From assembly GCA_965649825.1 (NCBI GenBank), contig OZ287708.1:670780-734779 (forward strand): 64,000 nucleotides of DNA, read 5' to 3'. The stretch is from Penicillus capitatus. Its lineage: Eukaryota > Plantae > Chlorophyta. The notes under the pieces were generated by a model. The model had not been told where the DNA came from, ran no database searches, and was given only the letters and a program-made list of their open reading frames with translations. The translations under genes and the position numbers were made by a program. Numbering within the stretch: position 1 is the stretch's first letter; each line of letters begins with the position of its first letter. This document shows positions 49,923-61,096 of the stretch, piece by piece.

Positions 49923-51430
49923 ATGAATGCCCGGGTATACCTGAATTCGGTCGCCGTCGCTATTGACCAGCGCAACTGTAAGGCCTTTGCACAAAAACAA
50001 AGGACGAGATCACGTGTCAGGCGAGAAGTTGAAAACGGCGCTGGATTTGAAACCGTTTCTTCTCCGAGCAGGCCAATCTTTGGAAGTCCGTGCGTCATAG
50101 ACTCAAGGACGCGAATCTAACAGTTTCTGTTCAGAAACAGAAGCATCCTGTTGGATTGCTGTCTTCCGTGGAGGCCTATTTGAAGAGATCGAATCTGGAG
50201 AACGAAGCGTTCCCTTCTTGGAAGCAGTTTGTCTTCTGCTGTTACAGTTCCAAAGTCTGCATTCTGAATGGAGACTGTGAAGAGGGCTACGAATGGCTCG
50301 CCAAGGCAGCGGCACATTGGCTGACCATCTGCGAAGGACAGAACAGTGCATGGCTGATTCCGGCTATGAAAACCATGGCGCTGAATCTTGTGGATCTTGC
50401 CTTTCTGGCAGACAAGCAAGCAGAAGTCACAGATTCGCACCTGTCATCTCACAAACACGTAACAAACATGGAATCTTCACAAGCAGCTGTGGCAATAGAA
50501 GTGATAGTGCTCAGGAGTGAGAGAGATCTTGGAGAATGCATTCGTGTCCATCTGCCGTAGCGGAAAGAGAGCAAGCGCCTTGGCCATATCCAATGCGCTC
50601 TGCAAGCTTTACTTTAAGCTGGACGAATTTCAGATGGCCGTTGCTTTTCAGTCTCGAGTGAACAGTCAGCTGACGCTTTCTTTCGATGAATTTCCACAAG
50701 AAGACCGGGTGACATGGAAGTACTATAATGGTCTTATTGCGATGGAGAGGCTCAAGTTCAGAGAAGCGGAAGAGAGTCTGAGCTATGCCTTGGAACAATC
50801 GAACTTCAGGACGAAGAACGTCCAAAAGATCCTACTCCTTCTCATCCCGGTCCAGCCAACCTTCCCGATCGTGTGATCGACCAAACGGCTTGTTCTGTAG
50901 CTACGGTTGCTGTATAACGAGTATCCAAAAGAGGAGACCGTACGCGAGTATGGCCTCGGACGACTGCTGCCACTGATACGAGCACTAAAGCAGGCAGATC
51001 TCTTGCACTTTGATCAGTACCTTGATGAAAACGCTGACTATCTCACTCGCATGCGCATCTGGCCACTCACTCAGAAGCTCGTCAACGTCATTCATCGCAA
51101 TGTCCAGTCCCTCTGTCTTCTGCAGAAATGACGCTTTGTGTTCGGCAGATTCTTTTCAAGTGTCATCGGTTTCATTTGGAGCATTTCCCAGAGAAGAAAC
51201 CACAAGTCATGGATCTGAAGCTGATCGTCGCAGGACTGCGTGTGTCTGGAATGGAATCCGCCAATGAGACAGATGCATTGAATAGTGTTCGAGCCGCGAT
51301 TCAGAAAGATATGGTCTGTGGATATATCGCTGTTCAGCGTAAGTTACTCGTTTTGGCCAAAAACAATCCCTTCCCCAAACTGAGGAACATTAACTTGGAA
51401 GCGGGCGAGATCTTTGTCGAAGCTGAGTGA
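49923..51430 (+). CDS. PCID2: PCI-domain protein PCID2/THP1 (TREX-2)
   Basis: LAISNALCKLYFKL, RVTWKYYNGLIAM...AEESLSYAL, KILLLLIPV, and C-terminal GYIAVQRKLLVLAKNNPFP. An upstream in-frame ATG lies at 49911. Confidence 0.8.
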
Positions 51431-51436
51431 GCAGCT

Positions 51437-51739
51437 TCAGTCGCCATGACTTGGCGGCATTGCCGTGAAGATCAGTTTAAGCGATGTCTTCGTTACAGCG
51501 ACATCACTGGACGCTGTGTCATCTTTCCCGAAAATTAATGCCGTTCCCAATAGCTCCTCGTATCGACCTTCGTAAATATGACCGTCGAGCTCCAGTCGCG
51601 GCTTCTCTGTATCCAGTCCCTGTTTTGTGGGACGTCTGTAAAGGCATGCGAGATCTCGATGTACCGTGAGTCGATAGGGGATTCCTGGCGCAAGGCTTTC
51701 GACGGGAAGGTCGCATGGAAGCTCGAGCAGCACGTCCAT
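51437..51739 (-). CDS. TFIIIC subunit 6 (GTF3C6/tau55 histidine-phosphatase-lacking domain)-like
   Basis: VLLEL...|GLDTEKPRLELDGHIYEGRYEELLGTALIF matches the TFIIIC_sub6 pattern. 45-nt intron. Confidence 0.6.
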   Translation of the reverse strand: MDVLLELPCDLPVESLAPGIPYRLTVHRDLACLYRRPTKQGLDTEKPRLELDGHIYEGRYEELLGTALIFGKDDTASSDVAVTKTSLKLIFTAMPPSHGD

Positions 51740-51819
51740 GTCGATGATGTGACAGCTGCCGGACGAAAACGACCTTCTAACCACGACAGTCTTGCACTCC
51801 CTGCATCCACCGTCACAAC

Positions 51820-53881
51820 ATGGACATTTGCGAAGCGTGTGGTTCGGCGGGGACATTTGTCTGGCATGAAAGCGGGATGGTCTGCTCGGCATGTGGCATT
51901 GCAGCCGCGATGCCTTCATTTGAAGCAGACGCCTTTGGCGACCGTCGACCTCGGGCTCAAAAAGTAGATTCCATGAGCACGTACCCTCCGGTTCTCACTC
52001 TCCTCACTCCAGATGAGTAAACAGCAACGGTCTGCGACGACGGCACAGCGAGCGAGCAAAGATCGCATCATGCAGGTGTATGTCTATACTCTTCAACGTT
52101 GTCTGATGGCACACATCCGTGTCTTAATCGAGAAAGGCGTCGATCGACTCGTGGAATCCGCCGCGCGGCAGATCTGGTTGCGGACACTTGATGTGACACG
52201 TTGTCTGGAACCGGGTGTCTTGCATCGTGCCTCGCAACTGTACAGTCCCCTGACGAGTCATGCTTCGACTTTTGGGTCCATAGAGACACGAGAACGCGAA
52301 TTGATGTCAGAGGACAAGATCAGCGATCATCCTGGAGCGTTCACTTCGTGTCTTTATCGATTTCTGGACGTCGATGTTATCGTATGGATCATCTACGCCG
52401 CTCTTGTCTGGATGCAGGAGTCGATCACACCGTTAGACCTCGCTCTGTGGATCGAACGTGGCGAACTGCCCTTTTTCAAACTCTCTCAGTTTCAAGAAGC
52501 AGCCGAATCGCGTTTTCGTGTGTACCTTCCGCCATTCGTCTTTGATTTGAAGAAGCTACCCCGTCCTCTGGGTATCGAAGTCGGTGCCGCGCAGTTGGCT
52601 TGTGATATAGGACTGAGCTTACCACCTGTCAATATTCCGTTGCATATTCGGAGACTATCACGCGTATTAGATCTGTCAGACGATCTGAGTCGACAGGCCA
52701 CTGCTCTGTATGCGTATTACTGGAGAGGATCTGGTCTCGACCAAGAGAAGTCTGCACAGCACTGCTATCCACAGATGATCCCTTTGTCTTGTATTCTGGC
52801 AGCTATGAAGCTTACGTACGGATTGGACGATGGGCAGCGAGAAATCGAAGGAAATCGAGATTGGGTCGAATGGTCTCAGCATAAATGGAAGGAATGCGTG
52901 GAGCCATTTCAGAAGTATAGCCTTGTGGCGAAGAGACTGCTAGAGATGCCTCCATCCGACTGTTTGGATGCCATGCAACGCGCCGATGCCTTCTTGCACG
53001 AAGGTCACATCATACGAAAGAGCCACACAGGTGTCCTGAAGGATCTGCAGGGACTCGTTCAGAAGTGGGACTTTGAGCCACACGAGCCGCCACTTGATCC
53101 GAAACGCCCGCGAGCAGTAGGCGTTGAGTTTGGTATGCAGAGGGAGGTGACGTACGTCCCTCCACAGTACATGAATCCTTGTCCCATGTATTGGTTCAAT
53201 CATTTCAATGGGTATGCTGGAACCGATGCGCATTACCCTCTGGACTACACGGCAGTTATGGCTGTGCTATGTGGAATTGCAAACGTGCAGCCTGGACACG
53301 TCAATGCATGTCTTGCAACCCTTGAGGAACAGATGAAGTCTATCGAGACTGTCTGCATCCGACTCACTTCATCAAAATCTGCAAAGCCCAGAAAACAGAT
53401 CTCTCCGGCTTTTGAGAGGAAAGCACTTGCGCTTGCCCTTGCGGAGCTAAACTACGAAGAAGATGATATCGAAGAAATCATTGGAAGAGAGGTGCAGCAG
53501 AGGAGATGCATTCAGAGACTGGACAGGAATCGTGTCGATCGAAAGAACCAGCCAGACGATGATCTTGTCGCAAACGCCGTAAAGTTTTACCAAAAGCATA
53601 ATGCGAAGAAATCACTCTTTCACACGAGCGAGCAGATTCCGTTTGTTGGATTGAGTTCAATAGAGCGTTCAGCGGAACTAGATCAGTGGACAGTCAATCC
53701 AGCAGAGCTTCTGAGACAAGCGCGATTGGCACAGAGAATTGGACAACCTATTGTTTCACTGGGAACAAAACGAAAACTGTACTACAATCTTTGCATTTCA
53801 CACGCGAGAGAGACCGACAATTCCAGATCGAGAGATACTTTTCTGTCAGATGTAGAGCCTGTGGATGACGATGACGACTAG
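51820..53881 (+). CDS. TAF1B: RNA polymerase I TFIIB-like factor TAF1B/Rrn7
   Basis: N-terminal zinc ribbon CEAC-x16-CSAC, then YTLQRCLMAHIRVLI...ARQIW, ITPLDLALWIERGELPF cyclin-like folds. GT-AG intron 51964-52012. Confidence 0.7.
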
Positions 53882-55600
53882 GCGATGCCATCTTTCCACA
53901 TGTCATCAAATGTCGACTGGCCGTCTGAACACAGTCTGTACATTTAGAGAGAAATACATTGAGGATATCGCGGTTACCATCGTCCAAGAGACCCAGTCTC
54001 TTAAGTCGTCTCTCTGCGTAGTAGTCGAGTTCTGAAAGCTGATTCTTTCGTTTCAGAAACCAGGACTGAATCCATTCAAGAGTATCCTGCTCGCCTTGGC
54101 AGACCTAAAGCAGAACGAATGCGGTGGGCAATATGGTCTCCCCATCCTCTCAGAGCACTTGCTTGTATCATCAAAGACTGTCTCGGAGTTAGGCGATCGG
54201 TGTTCTTCAGCCGTCGATAAGCTTCGAGAGCCTGTTCGCATCCAGCGATCATCGACTCGCAGAGATTTTCTTCGTTTTCTGGCGAGATGGGATAATTCAA
54301 ATGATCTTCAATTTCGTTCCTGAATAACGCCTCCAAGTGGAATGCATCTGGTCCGGACATATTCAGGAGACGGAGAAACGAAAGGAGATTCTGGGGAGGG
54401 TCGACATAAGGTTGGAACTCGAATGTGAGAGGCTCCTTCATTCCACAGATATCCATGACATCTAATTTGTCATCGTAGTAGGTATCAGATTTGGGCAGCT
54501 GTAGAGACAATTCATAGCTTCCCTAGACGGTTTGACCACTTAACCGTCGTAAACAGAACAGAGGCATGCTCAAAAGAATACTTACCTGTAGGTTTTTGAG
54601 ATCCACCACACCGTGGTCCAATGCAACCCGACTGTCAGTCTTTTCTGCTCCATAGTTGAGCGTCAATGGTTCCTGAGGCCGGATATCTTGAATGGCTTCG
54701 AGAGTGAGGGTCTGGGTTCGATTCAAGAGATTTCCAGAATTCAGCATCAGTTTTACATTGCCGTCCCGCGAATGACCCATCTACAGAACGCCTGTTTGCA
54801 TAGACTGTGGCAAGAACAGAGCTCATGAGACAAGCGAGATGAATGGCACTAGGGCTGGACGTTCTGCATTCAAAGGCGGATGCAGTTGAGAACGGACGAT
54901 CCCCACCGCCCAGCAAAACGAAGCATCGTCAAAGCGATCACTGGCAAAGAGGTCTGGATACTGTTTGAACATTCCCGACTCCAATTCTCTGTGTTTCTGT
55001 CGAAAGAACTCTCTGCACGAACAGTTTCATACCAGCCGCCAAACGAAAGAGCCATCACCTGTATCCCAGTGCCGTTTCGTGAAGCTGCGTTCCTTCGATG
55101 GCAACGAGCTCGTCATCTGACCAGAACGCAGGAGATGCCAGCTCTGTTGGAAGGCCATCGATGAAAGGCTTCCACTCAGACTGGGCGTCCGATTTTTCTG
55201 AAAGCAGGAATAGAGCGAGCTGTAGCCAAGGATCTAAGTCTTTTACGGCACTGCCTATGCGCGATAGCAACACGGTCTCTAACGAAATCCACTTGTCTTG
55301 AGTGAGCGTGACAATTTTCTCTCCTTCTTTGAGTGGCTCATTGGCCACCAGACATGGAATCGCACGTTCTTCAATGCTGAGTTTCTTAAAGGATTCGTGT
55401 GTTGGGTCCAGCCAGTTCTGAAACTGCGATGTCGCCATGTGGGAGTGGGTAATCTGTGAAGCGAATGTCGAGCCTTTTCGGACGTCTCCCCGGAAAAGAG
55501 GACGCTCGAGGAATGGCGTCTTTAAATGACAGACTGAAGATCCACGCATCTGCGCATCAGTGCCTGCGATCCTCAGCAACGAACGCTTTACTGACAGCAT
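53878..55600 (-). CDS. LSMT: Rubisco LSMT / FBA lysine methyltransferase (SET domain), plastid
   Basis: WLQLALFLLSEK..AQSEWKPFIDGLP, LNYG.EKTDSRVALDHGVVD, LLSFLRLLNMSGPDAFHLEALFRN, DYYAERRLKRLGLLD|DGQSTFDDMWKDGIA. Confidence 0.9.
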
Positions 55601-55723
55601 CGTCTACGCGACAACGATCTGCGCAGATCGTATTCGTCACGAGCGTATCAACGAACCGTATGTGACGACACGACGGAGAGTCGGCGAAAAGTCTTCTCGT
55701 TGAAGAGTCAGAGGCGACCACAC

Positions 55724-58700
55724 ATGGACATCTATGTACCGAATCTCGAGTATTTTGCAAGAAAGGGATGCGGAGGACGATTGAGGAAGTTAACAGAGGC
55801 AATGCCGGCTTCATATCGGCTTAGAGAGCTCGTGGCTTTCTGGAGAGCGTTCAGCTTCATTCTCGACAGAAACTGGAAGGAGGCGGGCAGACGTTCCGTC
55901 ATTTTGGCGATATCCGAAGGTGTTTGTGATACACCAGGCTTATCTGGCTTTTGAAGATCTACCGACCACAGCCGAAACGCGGTCTGCAACAGTAGCGGCA
56001 ATGTTGCTGTGTGGCGGAAAGGCAGAAAGGGCGGATGACGAAACTGCTCGAGATCTCGCTCATCGCTTGCATGTCTCGCCCTCGTTTCTCTAAGTGTTAG
56101 ACGAAAGCGGGTTTCTCTTTTAGTTGGAGCGAGACGCATTGAGTGTACCGGGAAGAATTCTCTTAGCGAAATTCTATTGGTTCTCTGGACAGCACGACAA
56201 TGCTCGTGTCGTTGTAGGCGACGCAGCCGAAGAAGACAGCAGTTATCTTTCGCTGAAGGGTACGCGTCTGCTCGTGCGGCACGTTTGAATTATCGCCGTG
56301 CTCGAAGGATCGATTCTTCTGTGGGAATTAGAGGAAGCGTGTGGGGATCGTCGAGCATTGGAAAAGGCAAGACAGGCAATCGCTGCATTCGACACCGCAT
56401 TCCATAGAGATCCTTCAGATCCTGAGGTCTGCATGCAACAACGCCCTTTTTAGGTTCACTCTCCTGCAGGTACTACTAGGCAGAAGCAAGGCACATAGGT
56501 ACGGGCAAAACTTGAATATATCTTTGGAACTGAATGAAGAGGTATTAGAGCGCACAGGATTTCTGGTAGATAACCCCCTCACCGAAACGTGGTCATGGTG
56601 CAGATATGCTCACGTTTCAGTGATCTCTATGAAGCCAGGATCGAGTACATGTGGTGTCTCATAGCCCTTCGTCGTTGGAAAGATGTCATCGATTATATCA
56701 CACACTTCTTCCTTGAAGATGAAGAGGGACCGCTCTACATCGAGGGCCTCATTGTCAAAGGTGAGTCGACTTTGAGATACTGAGACGTGATGCTGGAATG
56801 AATAATATCTTTTCAGGTCTGTACGAAGTAATCTTCTGTGCAAACAATCAGGCTGCTTGCCAAACCATCCAATCTCTTGTGGCGGTTTTAACACGCCAAG
56901 AACCGAATTGCGCATCCCTCTGGAGAAGAATCGTGCGGCCGTTCATTTCAGGAATGCCTTTAAGGAACGCTGGTGTTGTTAGACACGTGTCTTCTGCAGT
57001 GTGTCAGGAAATAGCGAAGAACTGATGCATGCTCTTATACATGTCAGCAATGCAGCTCTCAGGCTCGTTCCAGAAGAAGATAGAATCTTGAATGCATGAT
57101 TCTGTACAGATGATCGGTCCATTGTGCGAAGCTCATGTTCTGTAGGAAATAGAATTGGCAAAACTGCTTCTCTATGTCGGGCGTTCCAAAGAGGCAATCA
57201 GTGTCCTGCAGAAGATTCCCGATAACAATCTCCCGGATCATGTTGAGACGGAACGATTGTGTGTCCTTATCGAACTTCATGCGATCATTGGAAACCGTGA
57301 GGAAGCTGAGCTGCACACGGATGTCTTGACAGAAAAGACCAGCAACAATAGCTTCGATTTGAACCTTCTTCCGCACCTCAAAGCACTCCTCGATGTGAGC
57401 ACAGAGCAAGATCCAGCGCAAGTGACAAAGGAACTTTCTATGAGCGAGCACCGTTAGCTGTGGTGTCTACAGATGACGAGAAGTTTGGAAAATGCGTTTC
57501 GGACAACAACGCAGTGTCTGACCGGAGCCGTCGTTCACGAGACTTGCTTAATGGAGGCAAACATGACACGACTCTTGATGTTGATTCGGGCAGTTCTTGA
57601 AAGAGTGATCGGCGTTGAACCTCATAGTATCCTGGATCCGCCATCTCCGCTCCTCGAAAAAACTGTACGGTGCGATTAAATCCGGCAAAAATGCGTTCTA
57701 GATTAGGGAGCTCCATTGGCAGGGCCTTGCAAAATTGTCTTTGTGTTTTTCCGGGGCACTTCGAGCTGCAATACACACTTGCAGTGGCATATTTCATCGG
57801 CAGAGATTTCGAGATGGCCTTGGATACCCTCCTGGATATCGATTATCTACATCACACAGTCCCCTGGACGCATTTTTTTAGAGCAGCGATTTACTACGAG
57901 ATGCACAAGTCAAACAATTCTCCACAGGACAGGGCATCTTTCTTCAACAAGATGAAGGGAGCGATGGGATCGGCAGTTGCCATGGACTGCGGTATTCAAA
58001 ACTCCCTTCCATTTCTTGTCTTCGAGGCGAAATGTCGTATCCTGGAAAACGACTTTTTAGCGGCTGAAGAGGTACATCAACTGCGAAATTCGGTGCACAT
58101 GCATGTGAAGATGCCCCGTGGTTCTGGAACTAGATTCTTGAGTCACTGGTCCGGCAAGAGCCAGGAAGCAGCAAAGTGCAAAAATTACCTGCCATAGTGC
58201 TTTACAACAAGCTCGACGCACACCTGCTTCTCATAGATGTACTCTCAAGGCTCGACAAGCGAGACAGTCTGCTCGAAGTAAGCGAGTGATCTTTCTGTAT
58301 CCTCTTCTGATATGTGGCCGAGAAGACGCTGAGACTGGCACGTCAGCAGATACTATATCTATCGGACCGTGTGAAAGTACGTATAGTAGAAATAGAGCTG
58401 GAAAAGACTGTAGGACACAAAATGCCGAGAGAGGAGAACAGTGATATCGATTCGATTGTGATCCGAGCGAGAGTTGCTCTGGCACTGTATATCCGGGAAG
58501 GGAACACACGTGCACTGGTCGAATCCATTTCGGAGATTGCAGTGAGCAGGCACCGCGATCGGAGACTCCGTCATGCATTGCGCTTTAGGCACACCATCCC
58601 TGTTACGAAACGCAGTCTATCCTCGGAAATTGCCTGGAAATGCTGTTCGACTTTGAAGGCGCCATCGAGGCAGTTCGAAGAGGATTGGAGTTTAAACCAA

Positions 58701-60731
58701 AGGACATTCGGCTGCTGAAGAAAATGGCAGAGTTACATGCCACTGTTCACCAGTTCGAAGTCTGTCTTCATCTGCCTTGTAGCCGGCCCATCTATCATAA
58801 GGTCTGCAGGATGTGGTTGGATTCTGCAACAAACTGTGTAAGTATGCCTCGGAGAATACTCGACTGCACGTGGAACTGGGTGCACTCTGTCTTCGTAACG
58901 GACAGTTTCGGCAGGCTATCGATATTCTGAATCGGACGAAGATCAAGGCTGCACTGCCGAGTCAAAGATCTTTAAACATCGACAGGCTCGTTCGTTCACG
59001 TGTGCCACTGATTTTCAAACACTTCTTTCCGTCCAGATTGGTATTCCTCTCTGAAGCTTACGGCGAATCCGGGGACCACGATGGAGGACTGACAGCAATG
59101 GAAGACGGCATCCGACTGCAGGAAGAGCTGCTGACGGACATCTGTAGCCGCCTCATCGCCATCCCTGAAATCGTTACCCAGCAGAGGATGAAGACGGCCC
59201 AATTGCTGACGAGTTTTGGGCACCGTTGTAGGAAAAACCGAAGATTGGAAGAGGTAACAGATGAGAGCTGCTTGAGGCATTCAATGACGTTCCACAAAAG
59301 GCGAAAGGCCTTTACAGGCGAGCCGTAGCGAGCTGTGAGATGAGTATACAAGCACGAGAATGTTTGGTCGATATGCTCCTTCTCGATGGAAACATCAAAG
59401 AAGCGGAGCAACAGGTCGAGAGTATACCCAAGTTGCAATTCGAAAGCAAAGAGGCCTGTTTTCTGAATGCTTACATCTTGTTACACAAAGTACTTCAAGC
59501 CATCCTGAGTAGTTGAAGCGATTTAGAAGCTAGGGTCGATATCCGGATGCCATCGATGCTTTAAAGGTGTTACTGAAGAAATTCCCTCGGTGTCCAGATG
59601 CCATCGAGCTGATGATTCGTGTTCTTCGCCTCTCTGGCCGTTCTGGAGAAATGGAGCCGTATGCGGATACGTTACTGCGTGATTCGCCTGAATGGGCCTT
59701 TTGCTCTGGTCTCCGTGAGAGATACAAGGGCAACAAGTTGTCAGCACTTCGTCTCTTTGCGCGAGCAAAGGAAGATGAGAAGCTGCGCGAATCCGCCATT
59801 TTTGAAATGGTCGAGCTGGTATTGGATATGGACTGTCTGTGGCGTCTCTGGAAGAATTGTGCTGGCGATCGCGATGAAGAGAGAAGGCAGAAAGCGGCTC
59901 GTGTGCTTCTCGATCAAGTAAAATCGACAAAACTCCGTCCGCTGCTAGCATTGCCAATCAGATCGTCCATACAGAGGACTCTAGCATTCGCTATATCGTT
60001 CTCAGTAGCTACACACAGATGCTGACGCCTTCTGAAGCACAGAACGCCACATCAACGCTATCGAGCCTGTCGAAGGACAAAGATGTACCCAAGGCTCCAG
60101 TTCTTCTGGCTCTAGCTATTGGCTACCAGCGGATGGGAGACGCGCACAGGGCCAAACACGAGCTGAGAAAACTGCAGGTGAAGATCGGCCTGATCGGCAA
60201 GTATCGCACCGGACTATCTTTAGAGACTGCGATTCAACTACGCCTATCGCAGCGATTTTGAGAGAGCATCTGTGCTCCTTGCTCTGCATGGAGTGAGAGA
60301 AGGTGACGCCTGGAGAAGTGCGATCCTACTGAATAACAGCTTCGACGCTGCGGACAGGAAAACTCGAACAAGCTCGAAGCCTGTGCGAAAAAGCTCTTCA
60401 ATTAAACAGCTCATGCGCACCGGCATTTGAGACATTGGGAAGGATAGCAGAGAATCAGAGATCCTTTGGCGAGGCAGCAGATCGTTACTCGACAGCCTGG
60501 AGGTGTGTCGTCTGGGTCCACAGGATGAAGGTCAAAAGTGACAGCGGTGTGTTTGGTAGACTGTCTGGCAACGACACCCCTGCATACGGCCACAATCTCG
60601 TGCACTGCCTCATTCAGGCAGGGGAGTGTGCGAGTGCTATCGATGTCTGCTCACGTCTTACGCACGGCACTGAACACTATGCACTTTTGAGAGACATGAT
60701 GATTAAAGCGACCGACGGCCTTAGGGGTTGA
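55724..60731 (+). CDS. IFT139: TPR protein IFT139/TTC21B-like (IFT-A), many exons
   Basis: About 5 kb of TPR-like exons. N-terminal YFARKG...LVAFWRAF, C-terminal WEFMGRIAENQRSFGEAADRYSTAW...PAYGHNLVHCLIQAG...AIDVC. Confidence 0.72.
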
Positions 60732-61096
60732 GAGAAGAAAATCAAAGGACAAAGTGGTGTTCAAGTAGAGATAGAAACTTTGCCTTTGACTCTAACGATC
60801 GTATCGGACTCTGGGATCTGTCCATCACATCACTACTTTGAAAGAGCATACTGATTTTAATCGCAAGGCTTTTTGAATTGCGGACTCATTCTGCTTATCC
60901 CGAGGATCGTAGAGAAGATTAGGTATCTTCACGTTCTGTGCAGATAAACAATCGGTTGCTCAGTGAGAATAATTCCCGTACACGAAGCTCTTCATCTCTT
61001 GCAAGCACGATGACCGATCCTTCCTCAGAAAGTTGCCTGCACTGGCTGGATCACAATACAATTAAAGAAGACGACAGGGCTTACTGTGATGGTTCA

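Noticed and set aside
54578-54588. U1 snRNA 5' end (ATACTTACCTG)
   Set aside because: It is the reverse complement of an LSMT splice donor (CAG|GTAAGTAT), and no U1 body follows.
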